DNA of 64,000 nucleotides, taken from NCBI GenBank assembly GCA_041736895.1, contig JBGSSS010000213.1, positions 25,534 through 89,533 on the forward strand. Reading direction: 5' to 3'. The notes under the pieces were generated by a model. That model saw only the letters and a list, made by a program, of their open reading frames with translations, was not told where the DNA came from and ran no database searches. The DNA comes from Pirellulales bacterium. Lineage in GTDB: Bacteria > Planctomycetota > Planctomycetia > Pirellulales > JALHPA01. Position numbers and translations under genes: made by a program. Shown here piece by piece: positions 46,696 to 57,277 of the stretch (positions are counted from its first letter, which is position 1; each line of letters begins with the position of its first letter).

Positions 46696-46719
46696 CAACC
46701 CGACGCGTTAGCGAGGGCG
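46696..46719 (+). repeat. REP family A copy
   Basis: CAACCCGACGCGTTAGCGAGGGCG, abuts the MFS gene start. Confidence 0.8.
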
Positions 46720-47006
46720 AACTGCTTTGAGCGCGTCATGCTAAAGCAGCCGGTTAATTTGAGGCTTGGTCTTCTGAGTTATTCTTCGGAACTTTTGTTT
46801 TGGCTAGTGCTTCGCAGATTCGTTGGTAAGCGATGTCTTTGAAACGTCGCAATCTTCGCTAAACTTCTGAAACGTAGTGGGGTTCTTAACGCTTCAAATT
46901 TTTCCATCGCTCCACCGTCATCTCCATTGACAGCTAAATCTTCTCTCCCGGAGTCATGCCCCGGAATTTTTCTATTTCTTCTTTGGGGTATTTCCTGGCC
47001 ATTTAA

Positions 47007-48437
<1,431 letters not shown>

Positions 48438-48740
48438 CTAGCGTGTTTGTCCAAGCAGGCGGGCCCCTCGCTGAGGACAAAGCAGATTATAACCTTCATG
48501 CCCATAGAACTTTATCCTATCCCCCACAACTAGAGTGTCAATTCATTTTTGTAGTTACTCCAGCGGATTTGCGAAGCCGTGCATATGTAGCCTACACGTC
48601 CGCTTCAAGCTAAAGGTACTCCACACTGTTGCTTAAATCCGGTGCGGCATATTGACGTGCTTGCGAGAGCGGCTGTTTTTGCCGAAAACAGGGGACAACT
48701 TCGATAGTTTTTAATGTGGCGGGTTAGCGCATTCACGGGT

Positions 48741-49115
48741 TTACTTTGATTTGCCCTTGTTGCCTTTGGCTTTGCCGCTGCTTTTCGAAGTCGATTCGGC
48801 TTTGGCAGGGGAAGGGCTTTTTTCTGTTTTTGTATCGCTTTTGCTCTCGCTCGGCTTGCTATCCGCAGACTTCGCTTCGCTGTTGGAGTCGCTCGATTTC
48901 TTATCGGCGTCCGCGCCCTTTTTGTAGCTATCGCTGCGATAGTCGGTGATGTAGAAGCCCGAGCCTTTGAACATGATCGCGCCGCCCGTGCCGAAGAGCC
49001 GGCGCAGTTTTTTTTTCTTGCACTCCGGGCATTTCGTCAGCAGCGGATCGTTGATCCCTTGGAAATGCTCGAACTTGTGCTCGCACGCATCGCAAACGTA
49101 GTCGTAAGTAGGCAT
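48741..49115 (-). CDS. FmdB-family zinc-ribbon protein with Ser/Lys-rich tail
   Basis: MPTYDYVCDACEHKFEHFQ...CPECKKKKLRRLF (CxxC...CxxC) then low-complexity tail. Confidence 0.85.
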   Translation of the reverse strand: MPTYDYVCDACEHKFEHFQGINDPLLTKCPECKKKKLRRLFGTGGAIMFKGSGFYITDYRSDSYKKGADADKKSSDSNSEAKSADSKPSESKSDTKTEKSPSPAKAESTSKSSGKAKGNKGKSK

Positions 49116-49168
49116 CGTATTATCTTCAATTCTAAAATGAACATCGACACATGCTTGCCGCTTAGCAA

Positions 49169-49693
49169 CTACTCCGGCTTCTTGCTCACAATCACCTGCG
49201 CCGGGCGGATCGTGCGGTCATAGACTTTATAACCCGACGCCGCGACGACGAGCACCGTGTTCTCGGGATGATCGGGGCTTGGTTGTTGCATGATCGCTTG
49301 ATGGAAGTTCGGGTCGAACGGTTCGCCGATCATGCCGGTGCGCGTGCAATTGTGCTTGGCGAGGACTTCGGTCAACTGCGTCGAGACCATCTTCACGCCT
49401 TGGAGCAGCGACGACGTGTCGGCTTGCTTCGAGGCCGCTTCGATCGCGCGGTCGAGGTTATCGACGACCGGCAACAAGTCCGTGAGAAGCGAAACTTCGC
49501 GGTACTTCGAAAAGTCTTCTTGCTCGCGCTGGACGCGCTTGCGGAAGTTTTCGAGCTCGGCTTGCGCCCGCAATGCACGGTCTTTGGCAGCTTGCGCTTC
49601 TTCGCGCAGTTGCGCTAGCTCGCCTGCGGCATCGGGCGATTCCGGATCGATGGGGAAGGTTTGGTCGAGTTCGCTAGTATTGTCGGCGCTCAT
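49169..49693 (-). CDS. grpE: nucleotide exchange factor GrpE
   Basis: ELENFRKR...DNLDRA...[14 protein letters not shown] pattern; start overlaps dnaJ stop (ATGA). Confidence 0.92.
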   Translation of the reverse strand: MSADNTSELDQTFPIDPESPDAAGELAQLREEAQAAKDRALRAQAELENFRKRVQREQEDFSKYREVSLLTDLLPVVDNLDRAIEAASKQADTSSLLQGVKMVSTQLTEVLAKHNCTRTGMIGEPFDPNFHQAIMQQPSPDHPENTVLVVAASGYKVYDRTIRPAQVIVSKKPE

Positions 49694-50826
49694 GATGTGG
49701 GCGTTTCCTCAGAAGGCACAAAAAATTCTTTCAGGCGATCCAAAAACGTCTTGCGCTTGTGGGTCACGTTGACTTTCTCTTCACCGGCTAATTGTTCGAG
49801 TAGTTCCCGTTCCTTGGCAGTTAGCTTTTTCGGAACTTCGAGCACGACCTGGATCAGTTGATCCCCGCGGCCGCGTGCCCGCGGGTCGCGCATGCCGCGG
49901 CCCTTGAGCTTGAAGACATCGCCGGGCTGCGTGCCGGCGGGAATTTCGAGAGTTTCGGTGCCGTCGAGCGTGGGGACCTCGACCTTGGCTCCGAGCGCGG
50001 CTTGCGAGTACATGATCGGCAGTTGGCAGATCAGGTGCTGGCCCTCGCGTTGGAACAACGGGTGTTCCGTGACATGGACCAGGCAGTAACAATCGCCCGC
50101 CGGTCCGCCATCGGGACTCGGTTCGCCTTCGCCGGTGAGACGCATGCGCATCCCGTCGTCGATGCCGGACGGGATGGTGAGTTCCTTTTCAACTCGGATC
50201 GGATTGAAGCCCTTGCCGCTGCACTTCTTGCACTTGTCTTTGACGACCTGGCCTTTGCCGGAGCAGACGGGGCAAGTCGTCTGCACGCGGAAGATGCCGT
50301 TGCTTTGCACGACCTGGCCGCGGCCGCCGCAGTATTGGCACGACTGCATCTTCGTGCCGGGCTTTGCGCCGCTGCCGTCGCACGTTTCGCACTTTTCGTG
50401 GCGTTCGAATTCGATCGTCTTGGTTACCCCGCGCGCCGCTTCGAGCAAGTCGATCGTGATTTCGCAGCCGACGTCCGCGCCCTTACGCACGCGCCGCCCG
50501 CCGCGCTGGCCGAAGATATCGCCAAATGCTCCGCCGCCAAACAGATCGCCAAACGCGCTAAAAATATCGCCGAGGTCGTTGAACTGGTGCGTTTGGCCTT
50601 CGACGCCCGCGTGGCCGTAGCGGTCGTAGCGGGCACGCTTCTGCTCGTCGCTCAGGACTTCAAACGCTTCGGCCGCTTCTTTGAATTTGGCGATTGCTTC
50701 TTCGTTGCCGGGATTCTTGTCCGGGTGGTACTTGATCGCGAGTTTGCGATACGACGTGGAAATCTCGTCGCGCGTCGCCGTGCGGGTGACTTCGAGAATC
50801 TCGTAGTAACAACGTTTCGTCGCCAT
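49690..50826 (-). CDS. dnaJ: molecular chaperone DnaJ
   Basis: J-domain with HPDKN, G/F region, four CxxCxGxG repeats. Confidence 0.95.
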   Translation of the reverse strand: MATKRCYYEILEVTRTATRDEISTSYRKLAIKYHPDKNPGNEEAIAKFKEAAEAFEVLSDEQKRARYDRYGHAGVEGQTHQFNDLGDIFSAFGDLFGGGAFGDIFGQRGGRRVRKGADVGCEITIDLLEAARGVTKTIEFERHEKCETCDGSGAKPGTKMQSCQYCGGRGQVVQSNGIFRVQTTCPVCSGKGQVVKDKCKKCSGKGFNPIRVEKELTIPSGIDDGMRMRLTGEGEPSPDGGPAGDCYCLVHVTEHPLFQREGQHLICQLPIMYSQAALGAKVEVPTLDGTETLEIPAGTQPGDVFKLKGRGMRDPRARGRGDQLIQVVLEVPKKLTAKERELLEQLAGEEKVNVTHKRKTFLDRLKEFFVPSEETPTS

Positions 50827-50874
50827 CAGTTCACCGTGACCGTGTGCTTCCGTGCGTACTTTCGTGAATCAAAA

Positions 50875-50901
50875 AGCCCAGGGGGCGGAGCCCCTGGGCT
50901 T
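50875..50901. repeat. hairpin family E (groEL1 terminator position)
   Basis: AGCCCAGGGGC-gga-GCCCCTGGGCTT, 37 nt downstream of the groEL1 stop. Confidence 0.75.
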
Positions 50902-50937
50902 AGTTCGTACCGTGATACTTTCTACGCAACCCAGGGC

Positions 50938-52557
50938 TTAGCGGACCGAGCCTTCGGCGCGCGGCCCGTGCTTGTCTTCGGCTTCCAGGTTCGTGACCAG
51001 CGCTTCCGTCGTCAGCATCAGAGCGCTGATGCTGGCCGCGTTGCCTAGGGCACTGCGGACGACCTTGACCGGGTCGATGATGCCGGCCTTGAACATGTCG
51101 ACGTACTCGCCAGCGTTGGCGTCGTAGCCGATGTTCGTTGGCTTTTGCGAGACTTCGTCGGCGATCACACTGCCGTCGATGCCGCAGTTGTCGGCGATCT
51201 GACGGATCGGCGATTCGACGGCATGATAGATGATGCTCGCGCCGACCTTTTCGTCGCCCTTGAGCTTCGAGCGGACCGCGTCGATTGCTTCGCGGCAGCG
51301 GAGCAAGGCAACACCGCCGCCAGGCAAGATCCCTTCTTCAACGGCCGCACGCGTGGCGTGCAGGGCGTCTTCGACGCGGGCCTTCTTTTGCTTCATGTCG
51401 GCTTCGCTGTTCGCGCCGACCTTGATGATCGCGACGCCGCCGGTAAGCTTGGCCAGGCGTTCTTGGAACTTTTCCTTGTCGTATTCGCTCTCGGTTTGGT
51501 CGATTTGATTGCGAATTTGTTGGATGCGAGCTTGGATCTCGCTCGACTTGCCGCCGCCTTGGACGATCGTCGTGTCGCTCTTGTCGACGATGATTTGCTT
51601 AGCTTTGCCGAGGTGCGAGAGTTCGAGCGATTCGAGCTTGATGCCGAGATCTTCGCTGATCAGCGTGCCGCCGGTCACCGTGGCAATGTCGCCGAGCATC
51701 GCCTTGCGGCGATCGCCGAAGCCAGGCGCCTTGACCGCACAGACGTTCAAGATGCCGCGAAGTTTGTTGACGACGAGCGCGGTGAGCGCTTCGCCTTCGA
51801 CGTCTTCGGCGATGATCAAGAGCGGTTTGCTGGTGCCAGCGACTTGTTCCAGGATCGGAATCAATTCCCGCAGGTTGCTAATCTTCTTTTCGAAGATCAA
51901 GACCAGCGCGTCTTCGAGCAGACATTCCATGTCGGCCGTTTGATTGATGAAGTACGGCGAGACATAGCCCTTGTCGAATTGCATCCCTTCGACGAATTCG
52001 AGGGTCGTGTCGATGGTCTTGCCTTCTTCGACGGTGATGACGCCGTCCTTGCCGACCTTTTCCATCGCGTCCGCGAGCAGGTCGCCGATCGCCTTGTCGT
52101 TGTTCGCGCTGATCGCGCCGACTTGGCTGATTTCGGCCTTGCTGCTGACGGGCTTGCTCATCTTCTTGAGTTGTTCGACCGCGGCGTCAACGGCCTTGTC
52201 GATCCCGCGGCGTACGGCCATCGGGTTCGACCCGGCAGCAATCATCTTGGTCCCTTCCTTGAAGATCGCGCGGGCGAGAACGGTTGCGGTCGTCGTGCCG
52301 TCGCCGGCGATGTCGCTGGTCTTGCTGGCGACTTCATTGACGAGCTTCGCGCCCATGTTCTCGAAGCGATCTTCGAGGTCGATTTCCTTGCTCACGGTGA
52401 CGCCGTCCTTGGTAACCGTAGGGCCGCCAAAGGACTTGTTGATGATCACGTTGCGGCCGGTCGGGCCCATCGTGACCGCCACGGCAGCAGCCAATTTCTC
52501 GACGCCCTTGAGCATTTTCGCACGGGCGGAGTCTTCGAACAGCAATTGCTTGGGCAC
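50938..52557 (-). CDS. groL: chaperonin GroEL (paralogue 1, no GGM tail)
   Basis: Full GroEL pattern ([24 protein letters not shown]...). GTG 52557 gives [12 protein letters not shown]. Ends ...[13 protein letters not shown]. Confidence 0.95.
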   Translation of the reverse strand: MPKQLLFEDSARAKMLKGVEKLAAAVAVTMGPTGRNVIINKSFGGPTVTKDGVTVSKEIDLEDRFENMGAKLVNEVASKTSDIAGDGTTTATVLARAIFKEGTKMIAAGSNPMAVRRGIDKAVDAAVEQLKKMSKPVSSKAEISQVGAISANNDKAIGDLLADAMEKVGKDGVITVEEGKTIDTTLEFVEGMQFDKGYVSPYFINQTADMECLLEDALVLIFEKKISNLRELIPILEQVAGTSKPLLIIAEDVEGEALTALVVNKLRGILNVCAVKAPGFGDRRKAMLGDIATVTGGTLISEDLGIKLESLELSHLGKAKQIIVDKSDTTIVQGGGKSSEIQARIQQIRNQIDQTESEYDKEKFQERLAKLTGGVAIIKVGANSEADMKQKKARVEDALHATRAAVEEGILPGGGVALLRCREAIDAVRSKLKGDEKVGASIIYHAVESPIRQIADNCGIDGSVIADEVSQKPTNIGYDANAGEYVDMFKAGIIDPVKVVRSALGNAASISALMLTTEALVTNLEAEDKHGPRAEGSVR

Positions 52558-52609
52558 TGGAGATTCCCTTGAAATATTTGAAGTGGAAGGTGTTTTGAGA
52601 TTCGGAATT

Positions 52610-52812
52610 GGACACTGATTTGACTGATGCAACTGATTTTCACTGATCAGTCAGGTTGTAGGTTTTAAGTTGTAGGTAATGAGCCATGACTGCATCTACT
52701 TACAACCTACTACCCATAACTTACAACCGGAACACTCCCTGGCTTACGCCGCGGGCTTTCAATGCGTTTGCTGATCAGTGTTAATCAGTTATATCCGCGT
52801 CATCCGTGTCCC
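52610..52812. repeat. composite palindrome family F (shell) with family H and a degenerate family A element inside, groES-groEL1 spacer
   Basis: GGACACTGATTTGACTGATGCAACTGATTTTCACTGATCAG ... TTTGCTGATCAGTGTTAATCAGTTATATCCGCGTCATCCGTGTCCC. Confidence 0.85.
52654..52728. repeat. long hairpin family H
   Basis: GGTTGTAGGTTTTAAGTTGTAGGTA ... TACTTACAACCTACTACCCATAACTTACAACC. Confidence 0.75.
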
Positions 52813-52826
52813 ATTCCGGAATTGAT

Positions 52827-53126
52827 TTAGGCGAGGACCTTGGCCAGGATGTCCGTTTCGCGGAGGATCTTGACTTCTTGGCCGTCGATTTCGATGTCGC
52901 TGCCGCTGTACTTGCCGAAGATCACTTCGTCACCAACAGCAACGCCGAGGGCGCCGCGGCTGCCGCTGTCGAGGAGCTTTCCGGGACCGACCGAGACGAC
53001 CTTGCCGCGTTGGGGCTTTTCCTTGGCGCTGTCTGGGAGGACGATGCCGCCGGCGGTCACCATTTCGGCTTCGAGGGTTTTGACAACAACACGATCATCG
53101 AGAGGACGGAGACGAAGATTGGCCAT
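52827..53126 (-). CDS. groES: co-chaperonin GroES
   Basis: [16 protein letters not shown]...[22 protein letters not shown]; ATG 53126. Confidence 0.95.
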   Translation of the reverse strand: MANLRLRPLDDRVVVKTLEAEMVTAGGIVLPDSAKEKPQRGKVVSVGPGKLLDSGSRGALGVAVGDEVIFGKYSGSDIEIDGQEVKILRETDILAKVLA

Positions 53127-53168
53127 GAGTAAGTTTCCTGTTATTGAAGTGAGTTGAGTGTTTGTTCT

Positions 53169-53194
53169 CGTTACCAAGCCCCAGCTTGGTAACG
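53169..53194. promoter_or_regulatory. inverted repeat CGTTACCAAG-N6-CTTGGTAACG, copy 1 (upstream of groES)
   Basis: Perfect 10-bp arms, 6-nt spacer, 43 nt upstream of the groES ATG. Confidence 0.45.
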
Positions 53195-53239
53195 TGGTCT
53201 AAAGTGACCGTTGATAATTGAAAGTCTTCTCGCAGTTCA

Positions 53240-53265
53240 CGTTACCAAGGTGGGCCTTGGTAACG
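53240..53265. promoter_or_regulatory. inverted repeat CGTTACCAAG-N6-CTTGGTAACG, copy 2 (just downstream of groEL2)
   Basis: Identical 10-bp arms and 6-nt spacing, 24 nt after the groEL2 stop; may also act as a terminator. Confidence 0.45.
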
Positions 53266-53288
53266 AGTTGTTGCAGGACTCGCCTTGC

Positions 53289-54980
53289 TTACATCATGCC
53301 GGGCATTCCGCCCATGCCGCCCATTCCGGGCATGCCACCCATGCCGCCACCGCCCATGCCGTGGTCGTGGTGGTCGTGATCGCCGCCTTCGTCCTTCGCG
53401 GCGGGGATGTCGCAGATTAGCGATTCGGTGGTGAGCAATAGTGCGGCAACGCTCGCCGCGTTTTGCAGTGCGATGCGGACAACCTTGGCCGGGTCGATGA
53501 CGCCGGCGGCAACCATGTCGCCGTATACATCCTTGTCGGCGTCGTAGCCATCGTTCTTGCCCTTGAGCTGACGCACACGATTCACAACGACAGCGCCGTC
53601 GAGACCGGCGTTTTCGGCAATCGCCCGCAGCGGCATGTCGAGGACGTTCTTGATGATCCGCGCGCCGTGACCTTCGTCACCTTCGAGAGCCAACTTGTCG
53701 ATAGCTTTGTCGCAACGCATCAGAGCGACACCGCCGCCAGGAACGATGCCTTCGGAAAGAGCAGCCTGAGTCGCCTTTTGGGCGTCTTCGATCAGGTACT
53801 TCTTTTCCTTCATTTCGGTTTCGGTCGCGGCACCGACATTGATTTGAGCCACGCCGCCAGCGAGCTTCGCCAGACGTTCTTGCAGCTTCTCGCGGTCGTA
53901 TTCGCTGTCGGTCTTGGTGATCTCTTGGCGAATTTGTTCCGCGCGGCCGGTGATTTCTTCCTTCTTACCGGCTCCGCTCACCACGGTCGTGTTTTCGCTC
54001 GTGATGTGGAACTTCTTGGCGCGGCCGAGGTCGCTTAGCTTGATCGCTTCGAGTTGAATGCCGAGGTCTTTGTAAATGGCCGTCGCGCCAGTCAGCACGG
54101 CGATGTCGCCGAGGATCGCTTTGCGGCGGTCGCCGTAGCCAGGAGCCTTGACGGCGCAGACATTCAAGATGCCGCGGAGCTTGTTGACGACGAGAGTCGC
54201 GAGCGCTTCGCCTTCGATGTCTTCGGCAATGATCAAGAGGGGCTTGCCCGACTTGCTGATCGCTTCGAGCAGCGGGACGAGCGACTTGGCGTTGCTGATC
54301 TTTTCTTCGTAGATCAGGACATACGGATTGTCGAGTTCCACCGTTTGTTCGTCAGCATTGGTGACGAAGTGCGGCGAGAGATAGCCGCGGTCGAATTGCA
54401 TCCCTTCGACGACGTCAACGGTCGTTTCGGATTGCTTCCCTTCTTCGATCGTGATGACGCCGTCCTTGCCGACCTTCAAAAAGGCTTCGGCCAGGACTTC
54501 GCCGATCGACGGGTCGTTGTTCCCGGCGATCGTGGCGATCTGCATGATTTCTTTTTTGTTCTTGTCGCTGATCGGCGTCGCCATCTTGGTAATGGCATCG
54601 CTGACGGCCGTGACGGCTTTTTGAATGCCGCGCGAGAGAGCCATTGGGTCGGCGCCGGCGGCGATCATCTTGATGCCTTCGCGGAAGATGGCTTCGGCGA
54701 GGACCGTGGCGGTCGTGGTGCCGTCGCCTGCGACCTTGTCGGTCTTGCTGGCGGCTTCCTTGATCAGTTGCGCGCCGAGGTTTTCATATGGATCATCGAG
54801 ATCGATGTCTTCGGCGACCGTGACGCCGTCCTTGGTCACCTTGGGCGAGCCCCAACCTTTGTCGAGAACCGCATTGCGGCCGCGGGGGCCGAGTGTGCTG
54901 CGGACTGCCCGAGCCAGCTTCGACGCTCCAGCCAGCAGCGGCTGGCGAGCATCGTCATTGAAAACCATCTGCTTTGCCAC
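53289..54980 (-). CDS. groL: chaperonin GroEL (paralogue 2, His-rich + GGM tail)
   Basis: [12 protein letters not shown]..., full GroEL pattern, C-tail [32 protein letters not shown]; GTG start. Confidence 0.95.
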   Translation of the reverse strand: MAKQMVFNDDARQPLLAGASKLARAVRSTLGPRGRNAVLDKGWGSPKVTKDGVTVAEDIDLDDPYENLGAQLIKEAASKTDKVAGDGTTTATVLAEAIFREGIKMIAAGADPMALSRGIQKAVTAVSDAITKMATPISDKNKKEIMQIATIAGNNDPSIGEVLAEAFLKVGKDGVITIEEGKQSETTVDVVEGMQFDRGYLSPHFVTNADEQTVELDNPYVLIYEEKISNAKSLVPLLEAISKSGKPLLIIAEDIEGEALATLVVNKLRGILNVCAVKAPGYGDRRKAILGDIAVLTGATAIYKDLGIQLEAIKLSDLGRAKKFHITSENTTVVSGAGKKEEITGRAEQIRQEITKTDSEYDREKLQERLAKLAGGVAQINVGAATETEMKEKKYLIEDAQKATQAALSEGIVPGGGVALMRCDKAIDKLALEGDEGHGARIIKNVLDMPLRAIAENAGLDGAVVVNRVRQLKGKNDGYDADKDVYGDMVAAGVIDPAKVVRIALQNAASVAALLLTTESLICDIPAAKDEGGDHDHHDHGMGGGGMGGMPGMGGMGGMPGMM

Positions 54981-55144
54981 GAGAGAATCCTCCGGGGTAT
55001 GTGCGAATCAACGCAGTCGAACGAAACAAGATTTGTGCGGGTGTAGGCAGCGAAATCGGCCGGAGAGCTTGCGTTTGGCAAGCTAGGCAATTTCTGTTGC
55101 TGTGGGCCAAACTGGCAGACGCCAGATTGGTTGGCAAGAAAGGA

Positions 55145-55160
55145 TGCAAGCGGTGTGCCA
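55145..55160 (-). promoter_or_regulatory. sigma-54 (-24/-12) promoter candidate for groEL2
   Basis: Reverse complement reads TGGCACACCGCTTGCA with canonical GG-N10-GC spacing, about 165 nt upstream of the groEL2 GTG at 54980. Confidence 0.6.
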
Positions 55161-55333
55161 CGAGGCCGGAATTTTGACGCAAGTCATTTCATGCCAGCAT
55201 GTTGCATAAAAGTAGACGATTTCGGCATCAGGCCCGGACTTTGTAACAGAAACTCGTCTGTGCCGTTTTGGCAGAAATGTGGATGATCTGCCCCGCGATG
55301 TTTTGATGTCATCAATTCTTCAGCGAGCAAACT

Positions 55334-55699
55334 ATGTTGGGCTCTAGAAAAGCGTTGTTCTGTTCGCTTGCGTTTGTCGTAGCATCCGGCTGCATGTCGC
55401 CGAACACGGACAAAAACAAGTTCTCGCCGACGATCATCCCGATGACGGCCAAGCCGCGGTCGTGTGAAGAGTTGCGCGAGACGATGCTGAAAATGTGTCC
55501 CGTCGGCACGCCCGGCACGAAGGCGACGAGTTGGTTGGAGAGCGAAGGCTTTGCCTGCCATCGCACCGGTGCCGAAGGCCAGACGATCTATGCGACGCGA
55601 ACCGATCAACAATCGTACTGGTCGTCACAGAAGTGGATGGTCGTGTGCACGCTGAACCAGGAACAGGTCGTGGAATTCACGGTGACTCAGGGAAAATAG
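55334..55699 (+). CDS. lipoprotein (hypothetical)
   Basis: Lipobox FVVASGC after a basic N-region; 121 aa. Confidence 0.55.
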   Translation: MLGSRKALFCSLAFVVASGCMSPNTDKNKFSPTIIPMTAKPRSCEELRETMLKMCPVGTPGTKATSWLESEGFACHRTGAEGQTIYATRTDQQSYWSSQKWMVVCTLNQEQVVEFTVTQGK

Positions 55700-55761
55700 C
55701 CGAGACGTCACTCGCCGTGCATGAGCACGCCTTTTTCACTCGCTTCGACCATAATGCGGGC

Positions 55762-56451
55762 ATGGATTATCGGATTGCACTACCACTGCTCGGCGGACTG
55801 CTCATTGCTGTTGGCGTGTATCATGCTGGGCTTTATCTGGCTTGCAGTTGGCTCGGTGTCTGTTTTCTCGTGCTAGGCCTCGCGCATATTTTTCAGTGGC
55901 CGCGAATTTTTGGCAAACGCGCGAATGGCCGGTTGCCGTTGTGGAGTTGGCTTGCCTTCTTGCCGTTGCACTTGCTCAGTTTGGGAGTCTGGCATCTCGC
56001 ACGATTGCTGAGCCGCGAAGCCCCGCTCAGCCAAATCAACGAGCGCATGATGATCGGCCGACGCCCGATCACTGCCGCTGAATTGCCCGAGTGCGATTTG
56101 TTGATCGATCTCACCTCGGAATTTGCCGAGGTTCGCGCCGCGCGCGAACACCCGGGCTATCACGCGCTGCCGATATTGGACGGTTCGATCCCAGAGCGTG
56201 CGGAGCTTGATCGCTTACTTGAAGATATGGCCGGCCGCACGGTCTTTATCCATTGCGCGCAGGGTCACGGACGCAGCGGTACCGTAGCAATTGCGTTTCT
56301 ATTAAAGACAGGCCAGGTCGAAACCGTGGAAGAGGGATTGCGATTGCTGCAGGCACAGCGGCCAGCGCTCGATTTGGGAAGACGCCAGCGTGCGTTTCTC
56401 GGAGATTATGCCAAGTATCTCGGCAAGGCTGAATCCACTGCAGTTTTTTGA
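55762..56451 (+). CDS. membrane-anchored dual-specificity/tyrosine phosphatase family protein
   Basis: Three N-terminal TM spans then HCAQGHGRSGT (HCx5R[ST]) P-loop; ATG 55762. Confidence 0.75.
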   Translation: MDYRIALPLLGGLLIAVGVYHAGLYLACSWLGVCFLVLGLAHIFQWPRIFGKRANGRLPLWSWLAFLPLHLLSLGVWHLARLLSREAPLSQINERMMIGRRPITAAELPECDLLIDLTSEFAEVRAAREHPGYHALPILDGSIPERAELDRLLEDMAGRTVFIHCAQGHGRSGTVAIAFLLKTGQVETVEEGLRLLQAQRPALDLGRRQRAFLGDYAKYLGKAESTAVF

Positions 56452-56521
56452 ACTGCAGTGCAACACAGATTAGAATTAGCTCTTCACTTAATCGGGGCGC
56501 GTATTCTTCTAAGGGAATCAC

Positions 56522-57271
56522 ATGTTCAAGAACATTTTTAGTTTGATAGCTTGTGGATTGATCTTCGGTAGTGCAATTACGGTCACGGCTCAGCCGCCGG
56601 AGACCAAGAAAGAACTCGCCCCCGCGAAAAAAGCCGCGCCGAAAAACGACGCGATGACGCCGATCACCGACACGCCGGGTTTGCCGCGCGTGCTGCTCAT
56701 CGGCGATTCGATTTCGATCGGGTACACGCTGCCCGTGCGCGAGTTGCTCAAGGGCAAGGCGAACGTCCATCGCGTGCTGACCAATTGCGGTCCGACGAAA
56801 AATGTGAGCAAAGTCAGTGACTGGCTGGCCGACAAAAAAACCGGCGGCGAGAAGTGGGACGTGATTCACTTCAACTTTGGGCTGCACGACCTGAAGCATT
56901 CAGACGACAAGGGAACGCTGGTCCCGGTGACGGCGACATCCAAGCGCCAAGTCTCGCCCGAGGATTACGAAAAGAATCTGCGCGAGATTGTCAGCAAGCT
57001 CAAGGCGACCGGCGCGAAATTGATCTTCTGCACAACGACGCCAGTTCCGGAAGGTGCCCGTGGCCGCGTCCCCGGCGACGAAGTCAAGTACAACGAAATC
57101 GCGCTCAGTGTCATGAAGGAAAACAACATTGCGGTGGATGATCTTTACGCGTTCGCGTTTGCGAAACTGGACAAGATCCAGAAAAAAGCGGACGTGCATT
57201 TTAGCGACGCTGGCTCAAAGGAACTCGCGGGGCAAGTTGTGTCGACGATTGAAGCGGCGCTGAAGAAGTAG
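56522..57271 (+). CDS. secreted SGNH/GDSL hydrolase family protein
   Basis: Signal peptide; LLIGDSISIGY block I, FNFGLHD block III, C-terminal DxxH-like (DVHFSD). Confidence 0.85.
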   Translation: MFKNIFSLIACGLIFGSAITVTAQPPETKKELAPAKKAAPKNDAMTPITDTPGLPRVLLIGDSISIGYTLPVRELLKGKANVHRVLTNCGPTKNVSKVSDWLADKKTGGEKWDVIHFNFGLHDLKHSDDKGTLVPVTATSKRQVSPEDYEKNLREIVSKLKATGAKLIFCTTTPVPEGARGRVPGDEVKYNEIALSVMKENNIAVDDLYAFAFAKLDKIQKKADVHFSDAGSKELAGQVVSTIEAALKK

Positions 57272-57277
57272 TAGAGG

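Noticed and set aside
51145-52572. Long ORFs antisense to real genes: 51145..52572, 49858..51048, 54054..55046, 47184..48395, 43215..44234, 8536..9675, 2711..3724, 33752..34690, 62363..63217 and 10481..11080.
   Set aside because: Each lies opposite a gene with unmistakable family motifs (GroEL, DnaJ, ThiC, a P-type ATPase, M28, S46, a sulfatase, ApgM, PNP). Their Arg/Ala/Asp/Gly/Val-rich, motif-free translations are the usual artefact of high-GC antisense frames.
52606-52812. Possible CRISPR array suggested by the many short repeats (also at 11047-11149 and 39705-39916).
   Set aside because: The repeats are inverted or palindromic 9-10 nt units, not evenly spaced direct repeats of 25-40 nt with unique spacers. 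No cas genes are present.
52558-55333. CIRCE (HrcA) or HAIR (HspR) operators in the groEL/groES upstream regions, and likewise at 25940-26279 for hsp20.
   Set aside because: No TTAGCACTC-N9-GAGTGCTAA or CTTGAGT-N7-ACTCAAG-like sequence is seen on either strand.
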